Below are positions 26,692 through 35,107 of a stretch of DNA of 64,000 nucleotides, piece by piece (within the stretch, counting starts at the first letter, position 1; each line of letters begins with the position of its first letter). Location: positions 16,189 to 80,188 of the forward strand of contig JAEYSE010000020.1 of assembly GCA_023435025.1 (NCBI GenBank). The letters are read 5' to 3'. Under the pieces are notes generated by a model. That model was not told where the DNA came from and did no database searches. It worked only from the letters and a program-made list of their open reading frames with translations. This DNA is from Bacillota bacterium (lineage in GTDB: Bacteria; Bacillota; Clostridia; Christensenellales; CAG-138). A program made the position numbers and the translations under genes.

Positions 26692-26705
26692 CGCAAACGT
26701 TTGCG
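26692..26705. promoter_or_regulatory. LacI-family operator, perfect 14-bp palindrome CGCAAACGTTTGCG
   Basis: Perfect dyad in the 5' leader of the HAD-HAD-HAD-iPGM-like operon, about 105 nt upstream of the first start codon. Confidence 0.6.
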
Positions 26706-26747
26706 CTGAATGTCAAAAAAATAAAGCTATATGGAATTGATATGCTT

Positions 26748-26776
26748 ATACTAGTCACAAAAAAACCTTTTGTCAA
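26748..26776 (-). promoter_or_regulatory. Candidate sigma-A promoter of the HAD/iPGM-like operon
   Basis: On the minus strand: TTGACA (26776-26771), 17-nt spacer, TAGTAT (26753-26748). Confidence 0.45.
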
Positions 26777-26929
26777 GCATAAAAATAGGCTCTGCCGAAA
26801 AAAAATTCCTGATTCACCCCGTTCAGCTGCAAAAAAGCTATACTGGATTGGACAGCACTGTATGATGTAAAATGAAATCGTATACGTTTACAAACGCAAA
26901 AGCAGCCCAAATGAACGGGAGAAAAGCAG

Positions 26930-27316
26930 ATGGATAAGACCGGAAAGCTGAGCCTGAAGGAACGGGCCAGAAAGCTCAAAACTGATATTCCGGCGGTATT
27001 TCTCGCCATGAGACGAAAAGAAACCCCCGCCATGGCAAAGCTTCTTGCCGCCGCAACCATTGGGTATGCGCTTTCCCCTATCGACTTAATTCCGGATTTT
27101 ATTCCCGTGTTAGGCTACCTGGACGATATTATTCTGCTTCCGGCATTGGTCGCACTCACTCTACGGCTGATCCCGCCCGACGTTATGGAGGACTGCCGAA
27201 AAGAAGCGGAGGGCCTTTGGTCAGATAGCAGGCCCAAGAAATGGTATTATGGGTTGCCTATAGTACTTATCTGGCTGATACTGGCGTTTGTCGTCATCCG
27301 GGCAATTTGGTTTTAG
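26930..27316 (+). CDS. YkvA-family (DUF1232) membrane protein
   Basis: Signature YALSPIDLIPDFIPVLGYLDDIILLP plus a C-terminal TM helix. Confidence 0.75.
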   Translation: MDKTGKLSLKERARKLKTDIPAVFLAMRRKETPAMAKLLAAATIGYALSPIDLIPDFIPVLGYLDDIILLPALVALTLRLIPPDVMEDCRKEAEGLWSDSRPKKWYYGLPIVLIWLILAFVVIRAIWF

Positions 27317-28628
27317 GCTTATCCGCCGCACGCGACACTTTGGTAACGGGTACGGGTTTTGGGCACGCCGATAGAGCGGCTTTGTTTTGAAAGTAGCCGA
27401 TGCCGGACCGGGCGTAGATGCGCACGGTTTCCATGCAGATATCCAACACCTTTTTGATGCAGCTGAGATCGATGTTCTCATACGTATCGTGGCGCGTGTG
27501 GTAATATGTCTGGGGGTCGTGGTTTACCGCGCACAGCCCGCAGGCCAGAAGGCCATTGCGGGAAAATGCCTCTGCGTCGGTCGCGCCGGGATAGAATGGG
27601 GCGCAGGATAGATCAATTCCGTTTTGCTTGGCCGCGGCAGACAGAAGGTTGCCCACCGCTTCGCTGTTGGGCTGCGTGCCGTTGATACCGCGCAGGTAGC
27701 AGCGGAGGTGCTTTTCTTCGCGTAGCGTATCTAACACCACAAATACGGTCTCGGTTTCCTGCGGGACGAGCTTTTTATAATCGGACGCAAAGGCAAACGA
27801 ACCCCGAAGCCCCACTTCTTCGCCGCCTGTGATCAGGCAGCAGACCTCCGTGTCCGCAAAGCGGATATTCTGATCAGCAAGTTCTTTTAATACGCCCATC
27901 GCAACAAAGGAACCCGAAAGGTTGTCGTTTGCACCGTCTACCACCGTTTTTCGGTTGAAGAAAAACAGCAGCGCGATAAAGAAGGGCACAAAACAGGTCT
28001 GAACAACAGCGGCCGTTCGGTAAATACCTTCCAATGGAATTGGGCCGCGCAAAATGGTTTCCACCAAAAGCGCAGCATTGATGCCGAATACCAGCAGCAT
28101 CCCCAATATGGACCCAATGAGCACGACGGCAATCGCCGGCCCGCGCCCGTGCAGGCAAAAAGTAAACTCGCAGGCGGTATCCGCATGCCCCACAAATACG
28201 ATCCGCTTTTTTGCAGGGCCTGCCGAGGAACGTCGGGCATATACGTTTATTGATTGTTTTCTGGGAAACAAAAAGTCTATATATTCCCGGTACAACAAAA
28301 ACTCAAATATAAATACAGAAATGCAAAGCAGGCTTAAAACAAAGCCAAAGGCAGGAATTGCCGTAGATGGCACGATCGTGCGGAACCAAAACAAGCCAAC
28401 GCAGAGCAGGTTTAATACAACCGCAATCGTAACCCAACCGTAAAACGCCTCAGGGTGTAGATAATATGCGTGCTGGCGCGTTTCATCCGCCCAGGCGCGC
28501 AGCTGTTTTTCAAAGAAAAGCTGGCAGCTAAGCTCGGCTTTCGAGCCCGCCGTACGGTTTTTAAATTTCCTGCAAACGGTAAAAATGCCGTCCTTGATAT
28601 ACGATATAGTCTCCTGCCTGATGTTCAT
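27294..28628 (-). CDS. Membrane-anchored M28-family metallopeptidase
   Basis: FVGHADT, DGANDNLSG, GGEEVGLRGS, YHTRHDT, interleaved with several TM segments. The 3' end overlaps the convergent ykvA-like gene by 23 nt. Confidence 0.7.
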   Translation of the reverse strand: MNIRQETISYIKDGIFTVCRKFKNRTAGSKAELSCQLFFEKQLRAWADETRQHAYYLHPEAFYGWVTIAVVLNLLCVGLFWFRTIVPSTAIPAFGFVLSLLCISVFIFEFLLYREYIDFLFPRKQSINVYARRSSAGPAKKRIVFVGHADTACEFTFCLHGRGPAIAVVLIGSILGMLLVFGINAALLVETILRGPIPLEGIYRTAAVVQTCFVPFFIALLFFFNRKTVVDGANDNLSGSFVAMGVLKELADQNIRFADTEVCCLITGGEEVGLRGSFAFASDYKKLVPQETETVFVVLDTLREEKHLRCYLRGINGTQPNSEAVGNLLSAAAKQNGIDLSCAPFYPGATDAEAFSRNGLLACGLCAVNHDPQTYYHTRHDTYENIDLSCIKKVLDICMETVRIYARSGIGYFQNKAALSACPKPVPVTKVSRAADKPKTKLPG

Positions 28629-28814
28629 GCATCCACGAATCCCGTTCTTTTGTTACCTTTAGCTTTGCAGCTTTGAAGGAAAAATATTTTGGGGAAAAAT
28701 CGGATGGCATGTCAAATGCAAGGCGGAAAAGCATAAGAAAAACGTGGAACAACTCGAATAGCTATTCTGTATGAATACGTCGGTTATTCCATGTAAATAT
28801 GGATTTTATTTTAT

Positions 28815-28839
28815 AAAAAATCCCGCGCAATGTGCGGGA
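28815..28839 (-). terminator. Rho-independent terminator after the GNAT gene
   Basis: On the minus strand: TCCCGC-loop-GCGGGA followed by TTTTTT (A-run 28815-28820 on the plus strand). Confidence 0.75.
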
Positions 28840-28855
28840 TAAGGGATATCATATG

Positions 28856-29422
28856 TTATCGGTTTTGCCAGTCTTCCTTCAGAATTGTGTACACGGCCAA
28901 ATCACAGTATGTGGTTCCGTCGTTCCTCAGTTTTTCTTGCCGGTGCGTGCCTTCATATAGCATGCCGCTTTTTTGCATCACCCTGCCCGAGGCGGGGTTT
29001 TTCGTATCGTGCCTCGCGACGATTCGGTTCATGCCCACCTCCGAAAACAGAAAATTAATCACCGCTTTGAGCGCTTCCGTCGTGATGCCCTTACCCCAGT
29101 AGGCTTTTGAAATACAGTAGCCGACTTCGCAGCAGACGTTTGCCTCATCCAGGTTCACTACGGAAATTCCTCCGATCGGCTCGCCTAACTCCTTCAGCCC
29201 GATGGCCCAATTGTAAACGCTTTTGGTTTCATATTCGTTTACCCACTGGTTCACCACGCCTTTGCTTACCTCTATGTCGCCATGAGGCCTCCAGGTCATA
29301 TACCGGGTCACTTCGGGGTCGTTCGCCCAATGTCGGAACATTGGCTCGGCATCAGAAAGCGCAAACCTGCGAAGACTCAGCCGCTGTGTGCCGATTGTTT
29401 GTGTGCCCCTGTGGGTCAACAT
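28856..29422 (-). CDS. GNAT-family N-acetyltransferase (RimJ/RimL-like)
   Basis: LSLRRFALSDAEPMFRHWANDPEVTRYM and the acetyl-CoA motif YWGKGITTEALKAVINF. Confidence 0.8.
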   Translation of the reverse strand: MLTHRGTQTIGTQRLSLRRFALSDAEPMFRHWANDPEVTRYMTWRPHGDIEVSKGVVNQWVNEYETKSVYNWAIGLKELGEPIGGISVVNLDEANVCCEVGYCISKAYWGKGITTEALKAVINFLFSEVGMNRIVARHDTKNPASGRVMQKSGMLYEGTHRQEKLRNDGTTYCDLAVYTILKEDWQNR

Positions 29423-29490
29423 ACAAATTCGCCCCCTTACGGTAAATTTAGGAAATTATATCGTGGCGGGTGCCGGTTTTCAAGCGATTT

Positions 29491-29880
29491 CTATCTGTCA
29501 CAGGGGGCGTTAACCGCCTGTTGCAGCTTCTGCCTTTCCCGCCGCGTGAGCTTGCCGGCGACGCGATTGTAGGAATGGTCTATCATATGGAACACCGCCG
29601 CGTCGTCCGCAGCCCCGTTTAAATATACCGTGTTCATATAGGGACGAAGCTGCTTTGGGCAATGGTAGCCGGGGACGACTGTGTCAGGATACTGCGTACG
29701 GTATAGTTCGGCCAGCATGGGCGCGCAAGAGACGGTGATTTTATGGTTGTCAGGAAGCGGGTAAAGCTGCAAGAACAGCTTGCCGCATACCTTGTAGCAC
29801 ACCGGGATCTCACCAAACGGGAAATCCTCGTATGCGCCGGGCTTTTGCAGGCAATACCGCGTGATTTCAGAATTTGTCAT
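29491..29880 (-). CDS. MmcQ/YjbR-family protein
   Basis: ITRYCLQKPGAYEDFPFGEIPVCYKVCGKLFLQLYP is typical of the YjbR fold. Start trimmed to 29880 (RBS GGAGG, 8-nt spacer). Confidence 0.7.
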   Translation of the reverse strand: MTNSEITRYCLQKPGAYEDFPFGEIPVCYKVCGKLFLQLYPLPDNHKITVSCAPMLAELYRTQYPDTVVPGYHCPKQLRPYMNTVYLNGAADDAAVFHMIDHSYNRVAGKLTRRERQKLQQAVNAPCDR

Positions 29881-30070
29881 ATTCGCTGCCTCCTGTTCCA
29901 TTATAGCAAACGAGCGGGTCGGCTGCACCCTCGTTCCGGGTACAGCGCAAAGGAGGCTGAGGTCTTGGGTAACAGTAAAACAATAAAGGCGGGCCGTCCG
30001 CTCTTTTGTTGCGAATGTTTCCCGCCTTCTTTTTATGCATTTCACGCTTACTCAGGTTCCGCCCTTTTAC

Positions 30071-30412
30071 CTAGAAGGTGTAACCTTCTTTTTGAAGCTT
30101 CTCTTCCCAAATCATCTGCAGCAGCGCAAGTTCTTCCGAATAGTCCGTCTTTGATTCGTCCTTGTCATAGGGCAAAGTTTCTAGTATTTCCATCATAAAT
30201 TGCTCCTTACCAAGCAGGTTATAATCCTGCTGCAGCGCCCGGTAGGGGTGGGAGTTCCCGTTTAAGCGCGCCGTTGCGCCGTTCATCACGCCCCGCAAGT
30301 CCGGTGTCGCCTGTAAATAGCAGCGCTTATGTTTCAGGCACCGGATGATGAAGATGCCCATATCCGGCTTCGTCAACTTATATTGCTGCTTTAATTCCTT
30401 TCTTCTGTCCAT
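30071..30412 (-). CDS. Small GIY-YIG-like domain protein (degenerate motifs)
   Basis: GIFIIRC ... CYLQATPDLRGVMNG ... matches the pattern of short stand-alone GIY-YIG-like proteins. Assignment is tentative. Confidence 0.45.
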   Translation of the reverse strand: MDRRKELKQQYKLTKPDMGIFIIRCLKHKRCYLQATPDLRGVMNGATARLNGNSHPYRALQQDYNLLGKEQFMMEILETLPYDKDESKTDYSEELALLQMIWEEKLQKEGYTF

Positions 30413-30696
30413 GGTTCTCCCTCTTTTCTTCGCTTTTCATTCACCCAATAGCGGCTGCCGTCCGGTATCCGTTCCAAAAGACCATAGTCAATCAGCAGGC
30501 GGCGCAAAACAAAGTAGTCCCCGAATGTATGCCATGCGTCGATCACTGCGTTGACTTCTTTTTCCGTATAGACCCGGTCCGTTTCAAATTTCGCGCAAAG
30601 GTATTCTAATACCGGAATTTTGGTCCGGTTCGGGACGGGGATTTGTTTGATCCTACCGTTGCCGTCCAGAAAAACGGCGATGCTTTTTGCTGCCAT
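30391..30696 (-). CDS. DUF2087-domain protein
   Basis: YTEKEVNAVIDAWHTFGDYFVLRRLLIDYGLLER is the DUF2087 signature. The 3' end overlaps the next gene by 22 nt. Confidence 0.65.
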   Translation of the reverse strand: MAAKSIAVFLDGNGRIKQIPVPNRTKIPVLEYLCAKFETDRVYTEKEVNAVIDAWHTFGDYFVLRRLLIDYGLLERIPDGSRYWVNEKRRKEGEPWTEERN

Positions 30697-30713
30697 AGAT
30701 TCACCTTCTGTTT

Positions 30714-30736
30714 TTAGTAAACTAGTAATTTACTAA
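30714..30736. promoter_or_regulatory. Inverted repeat TTAGTAAA-N7-TTTACTAA between a TATTAT -10-like box and the DUF2087 RBS
   Basis: Perfect 8-bp arms in an operator-like position on the minus-strand leader. Confidence 0.35.
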
Positions 30737-30845
30737 ATGATAATAGGCGAATTTTGCTTTTCTGTCAACCAGTTTTTCGCATGTTAAACGTCGTCGCGCG
30801 GCAGGCGCTAAATATTGACCCAAAAGCGTTCTTGCTCTTATCAAG

Positions 30846-30884
30846 CAAAAGCCGCCGGCATTCAGGCTGCCAGGCGGCTTTTGC
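30846..30884 (-). terminator. Rho-independent terminator after the aconitase X small-subunit gene
   Basis: AAGCCGCC (30849-30856) pairs with GGCGGCTT (30873-30880). The stem is flanked by an A-run and a T-run, so it is potentially bidirectional. Confidence 0.7.
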
Positions 30885-30904
30885 ATATCATGAAGTTGTT
30901 TTAT

Positions 30905-31345
30905 CTACGCCACGGTCACCGTGCCATCCGGCTCCACGTTTACTTGCATGCCGGTCTTGACGTAGCGCAAAAACTCATCGCCCAGCGAATCTACGGTGGG
31001 CATGGAGCAATCCGTCCATACGTCGGCGAGTATCGCGCCCGCGGCAGCAAGCGAATCGATGGGTTTTGAAAACAGCAAGCACGCAGGCTGCTGGCCTAAA
31101 GCTGCGGCGCAGTAGAGCACCATGCCGCCGGTGGTGGAGCCTATGGTCTGCGGCATGCACAGGGCGGCGCCCGCCATGGGCTTTTTGTAAAGCGCCGCGT
31201 TGTTCTGGTCCGAGCAAACGGCTTTTTTATCCCCAGACATCAGGCTCTTTTGAAAGCTTGCAAGCGTATTGAATCCCTGTGTGGATACAAGCGCCACAGC
31301 CTCGGCTTTGCCGGGCACAACGGCGCGGCCTTTGAATGTCTTCAT
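30905..31345 (-). CDS. Aconitase X swivel-domain small subunit (DUF126)
   Basis: MKTFKGRAVVPGKAEAVALVS ... QTIGSTTGGMVLY ... typical of DUF126. ATGA overlap with the DUF521 gene. Confidence 0.8.
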   Translation of the reverse strand: MKTFKGRAVVPGKAEAVALVSTQGFNTLASFQKSLMSGDKKAVCSDQNNAALYKKPMAGAALCMPQTIGSTTGGMVLYCAAALGQQPACLLFSKPIDSLAAAGAILADVWTDCSMPTVDSLGDEFLRYVKTGMQVNVEPDGTVTVA

Positions 31346-32619
31346 GCGTCTAAGCCCCCTTTTGTGAGCAATGCGAGAATTTCGGCGTCCGTGTGGTAGC
31401 GCGCGCTGGTGTATGTGCGCAGCTTGTTGGAGTTGGTTACAACCGGTACTTTTGCGCATAGCGGGTTGTTCATGTACATAAGCGGGCAGATGTCGGAAAC
31501 CACCACGCCTGCCGCTGTAAGCTGCTTGAATTCCGGCGTTTGTTCAAACGCGCCTTTTACGCCGGGCGCTGCCGTAAACACGGTGGGGATCAACGTCTTT
31601 TTGCGGTTGGCGGCTTTGAGGGCGGCAAGCAGGTGCGCCGTCCAGTCCTTTAGCTGCGCCATAGAGAGGTGCGGGCACCCCACAAAGCAGAGCTTGGGGG
31701 TAGCAGCAGGGTCCTTCCAGATGCATGGATAGCTGTCGCGCACGCGTCTTAGTTCCGCGTCGTCCACAATATAACGTCCTGCATCCGGCTGCAGAAGCGC
31801 GCGGCCTTCGCGTCTTGCTTCCGGCGTAACCCCCTCAATGTGGTAGAGGCCTACCGCGCCGTTGGAGGCGGTGGCTGCGCCCATATCCTTCAGGTACGCC
31901 TTTGCCCGGTCTGTCAGCCCATCCGGGAAGAAGCGGTCAAGCCCTACGATATACGGCACGTCCTCCATCACATGAAGGCCAATGGCACTGCCCAGCACCT
32001 GCGCTTCGGGCAGCGTATCGGTTGTAACTTCCACCAGCCACTTCGCCTTGCGGCCTTCATCGGTCAGCAGGCCAAAATAAGGGACGTACCCTACAATGCT
32101 TCCAAACAGTTCAATAATACCCGAGTTGCGGTTGCACCGCGCGCCGAGAACGCTGTTAACATATACCACCGCGCTGCTTTCCGCCCAACTTAACACGTCG
32201 CCTTCGTTGGGGATATTGCCTACTTCATCCATGTAGCAGGTACAGGTGAACGCGCTGGGGCTTAAAATACCAAGCTCCAGGAGCTGCTTCTCATAGGAGG
32301 ACTGCTTGGAATACATGACGTTGAATACCAGCTTCTGCAGCGTGTTCTGCGGTACGTTGGGGTCCAGCGGGCGCGGGTCCGCACTGAACGCCTGGCCGGA
32401 AAGCGCGCCGCCATCAATCAACTGCTGCATCAACGCGTACACCGGTTTCATAACGGAAAGGCCGAAGCTTGTCACAAGATGGCCGTACTTGCCTGTAACG
32501 GGAACCATTTTTGTTGCGCCGAAGGTTTCCCCATACATGACCAGCGTCTTCATCACTTTTTGCAGCGCTTCTCCTTTGGCGCCGGAAAGCAGCGCTTGTT
32601 GTTCCACGTTAAGTTGCAT
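31342..32619 (-). CDS. Aconitase X catalytic large subunit (DUF521)
   Basis: N-terminus MQLNVEQQALLSGAKGEALQKVMKTLVMYGETFGA and overall length (425 aa) match DUF521/AcnX large subunits. Confidence 0.8.
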   Translation of the reverse strand: MQLNVEQQALLSGAKGEALQKVMKTLVMYGETFGATKMVPVTGKYGHLVTSFGLSVMKPVYALMQQLIDGGALSGQAFSADPRPLDPNVPQNTLQKLVFNVMYSKQSSYEKQLLELGILSPSAFTCTCYMDEVGNIPNEGDVLSWAESSAVVYVNSVLGARCNRNSGIIELFGSIVGYVPYFGLLTDEGRKAKWLVEVTTDTLPEAQVLGSAIGLHVMEDVPYIVGLDRFFPDGLTDRAKAYLKDMGAATASNGAVGLYHIEGVTPEARREGRALLQPDAGRYIVDDAELRRVRDSYPCIWKDPAATPKLCFVGCPHLSMAQLKDWTAHLLAALKAANRKKTLIPTVFTAAPGVKGAFEQTPEFKQLTAAGVVVSDICPLMYMNNPLCAKVPVVTNSNKLRTYTSARYHTDAEILALLTKGGLDA

Positions 32620-32630
32620 GTCGCCACCCC

Positions 32631-34901
32631 CTAGACGCGCGCGGCAAGCGCATATGCGGCGCGGGTTGCCTCGAGTACCTTGCCCGCACTGAAGCTGTCG
32701 CCGATGTAATAGAGCTCATCCGCCGCACGCGCGCGCTGCGCTTCAAAGAACAGCGCGTCGTCGGGCTTGCCGCCCATCGCCAGTACCACTAGATCGGCCT
32801 TGAGCGTTTCATCCTGCTCTTCCGGTCCAATCTTCTTGGCAAGTGGGTTCTCAATGTTTTTGGGCAGTATCGGCTGCCAGGTGTTGTAGGGATCGGGAAC
32901 ACCGTCGGAGACGTTGCGGCGGATGGATACGGATTTTGCATCAAACCCCGTCACATTGGCGCAATTGTACGCCTTAACGCCTTCGCGCTTCATGTAATGC
33001 AGCAGATGGCCGCGGTTGGCGGTGCATACGCCTTCCATCATGTAGGGCAGCATTTCTACCACGCTGACATCCCGTCCGTGTTCGTACTTCAGCCAGTAGG
33101 CAATTTCACAGCCGACTACGCCCCCGCCCACCACGACGATCTCTTTGGCGTCCCCAATGAGGCCGGGGTTATTTAGGAGTGCCGTAGCCTGCACGGCGTT
33201 TGCCTGTTCAAGCCCGGGAAGCTTCGGTGTAACCGCGCGTGTGCCAACTGCCACCACAATGGCGTCGTAGCCTTGCGCTTTGAGCGTTTCGAGGGAAGCC
33301 TCCGTCTGGTAGTGAATGGTCAGCCTGCCAGTCTTTTCAGCCATCTGAGCCATGCGGCGCAGGTACACGAGGTAATTTTGAATATCGAATTTGATGCGCG
33401 GCACACTGCCGGGGATAGTCTTGCCGCCCAGCTGATCGCTTTTTTCAAACAATTCCACCGTGTGGCCGCGCTCTGCCGCAATGCTTGCAAACGTCACGCC
33501 CGCGGGGCCGCCGCCGATCACGGCGATGCGCTTCGCCTTTTGTACGGGCATGGTTTCGGGCAGGTTGTGCTCAAAGCCAGTTCTGGGGTTGACGGCGCAC
33601 TGCGGGTGCCCGCCGTCTACAAACTCGTTGATGCAGCCCTCCTGGCAGCCGATGCAGGGACAGATTTCTTCCACCTTGCCCGCAAATGCCTTCATGGGCC
33701 AATCGGGGTCGGCAAGCAGCGGCCTTCCCAGCATAACCATGTCGCATTCGCCCTCGCGCAGCGCGCGTTCGGCAATGTCCGGATACCCAAGCTTGCCAAC
33801 GGCCACAACGGGAACGGGGAGCCCGGCGTTGGAACGGATGTTGTTCTTTTCAAAGTGCTCTTTTACCAGCTTGGAGACCGCCAGGAAGCATCCTGCAGGC
33901 ATACCGGCCGGAGGATGCGGCAGCCACCAGTTGTCATAGCAGCCAAGATCCACGTCAAACATATCCACGCCTGCCTTGACGAGCGCTTCCATATACGCGA
34001 GCGTCTCATTGATGGAACGCCCGTTCTTGAACTTCTTGAGCGCCGGTACGTTCATGCCGCTTTCCCCATATGTTTCGTTGAGCGCAAGGGAAAGGTCGAT
34101 ACGGTACATGATGGGGTAGCTGTCTCCCGCGCGACGGCGGAGTTCCTTGATAAGATCAACGCCAAAGCGCATATAGTCCGCATATGGGCCCGCTTTGCGG
34201 TGGTTAAAGGCGGGGTTGGTGAGCTGTTCGAGCAGATATCCCTCATGCCCGTGCAGGTATACGCCGTCGATGCCTGCGGCTTTTGCGTCCGCAGCGGCCT
34301 GCCCTGCATTTTTGATGATTTTTTTGAGTTGCGCATCGCTTAATGGCATACATGGAATCTGCGGGATGTAGAAGTTTGGATTCATGGAGGCGGAGACGGG
34401 GAACTTCAGCTCATGAATCAGACACTGGGGATTTCCCACTCGCCCTAAACCGGGCGTCAACTGAATAAAGAGCTTGCTGCCATAGGCGTGTACGCCCTGG
34501 GCTAAGTCACGCCAGCCCGCGAACACGGTGCGGCTGCGGTCGATGCGCGGGAAGTAGGAAAGATGTCCAAGCTCGGTAATGGAATTGTCAATGCCGTGGC
34601 TGATGGGCACCAGGCCTGTGGTAATTAACCCCACGCCGCCTTTAGCGCGCGCAAAGAAGTATTGCAGCATTTTGTCATTGGGACGGCCGGTTTCCTCACA
34701 CATGTCGATGTTGCCCATGGGAGCCATGACTAGGCGGTTCTTAATGGTGAGCCTGTTGATCTGGATGGGAGAAAACATTGCGTCGTACGGGTAGAGCTCC
34801 TTTGTCATGCGGCCAGTGCCGCCCGCGCGGTTTTCATTTTCTCCTGTGACCCAACTGCCGTAGCTGTCCACAAGGGACTGTACCAAAGCGTCTGTCTTCA
34901 T
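32631..34901 (-). CDS. OYE-like FMN domain + 4Fe-4S + FAD/NAD(P)-binding flavoenzyme (2-enoate reductase / 2,4-dienoyl-CoA reductase family)
   Basis: TIM-barrel OYE segment (RLVMAPMG, HGHEGYLL), Cys cluster CPCIGCQEGC...C, two Rossmann motifs VIGGGPAG and VVGGGVVGCE. Start trimmed to 34901 (RBS AAGGAG). Confidence 0.85.
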   Translation of the reverse strand: MKTDALVQSLVDSYGSWVTGENENRAGGTGRMTKELYPYDAMFSPIQINRLTIKNRLVMAPMGNIDMCEETGRPNDKMLQYFFARAKGGVGLITTGLVPISHGIDNSITELGHLSYFPRIDRSRTVFAGWRDLAQGVHAYGSKLFIQLTPGLGRVGNPQCLIHELKFPVSASMNPNFYIPQIPCMPLSDAQLKKIIKNAGQAAADAKAAGIDGVYLHGHEGYLLEQLTNPAFNHRKAGPYADYMRFGVDLIKELRRRAGDSYPIMYRIDLSLALNETYGESGMNVPALKKFKNGRSINETLAYMEALVKAGVDMFDVDLGCYDNWWLPHPPAGMPAGCFLAVSKLVKEHFEKNNIRSNAGLPVPVVAVGKLGYPDIAERALREGECDMVMLGRPLLADPDWPMKAFAGKVEEICPCIGCQEGCINEFVDGGHPQCAVNPRTGFEHNLPETMPVQKAKRIAVIGGGPAGVTFASIAAERGHTVELFEKSDQLGGKTIPGSVPRIKFDIQNYLVYLRRMAQMAEKTGRLTIHYQTEASLETLKAQGYDAIVVAVGTRAVTPKLPGLEQANAVQATALLNNPGLIGDAKEIVVVGGGVVGCEIAYWLKYEHGRDVSVVEMLPYMMEGVCTANRGHLLHYMKREGVKAYNCANVTGFDAKSVSIRRNVSDGVPDPYNTWQPILPKNIENPLAKKIGPEEQDETLKADLVVLAMGGKPDDALFFEAQRARAADELYYIGDSFSAGKVLEATRAAYALAARV

Positions 34902-34990
34902 ACTGTTCCACTCCTTTGCTATATTGACTTGATGTGTGGTTGAGAGTTGAAAAAACCGAACCGGATTCTGTTTGTATACACCGTACCACA

Positions 34991-35008
34991 TTGTTAATTT
35001 ATTTACAA
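34991..35008. promoter_or_regulatory. Imperfect palindrome TTGTTAAT-TT-ATTTACAA (candidate TetR operator)
   Basis: 7 of 8 positions are symmetric. Located in the divergent intergenic region between the flavoenzyme and tetR. Confidence 0.4.
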
Positions 35009-35057
35009 TAGAATTTATAGTTTTATTCGAACTTTTCTGAAAAGAGGCAGGGAAGGG

Positions 35058-35081
35058 GATGTGCTATAGATGTGCTATAAT
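35058..35081 (+). promoter_or_regulatory. Extended -10 promoter (TGcTATAAT) embedded in a tandem 11-bp direct repeat GATGTGCTATA x2
   Basis: TATAAT at 35076-35081 with TG at 35073-35074. The repeat units are 35058-35068 and 35069-35079. About 27 nt upstream of the tetR ATG. Confidence 0.45.
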
Positions 35082-35107
35082 GGAGAACAGAAGGAGTGGT
35101 GAACGAT

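Noticed and set aside
32631-34991. N-terminally extended versions of several track ORFs: 32631..34991, 54933..55934, 29491..30045, 30905..31459, 35794..36378, 37519..38250, 10624..12009, 4485..6422, 22724..24343, 50258..50848.
   Set aside because: In each case an internal ATG, TTG or GTG is preceded by a good AGGAGG-type RBS and matches the family or paralog N-terminus. The extensions run into upstream genes or promoters, so I used the shorter coordinates.
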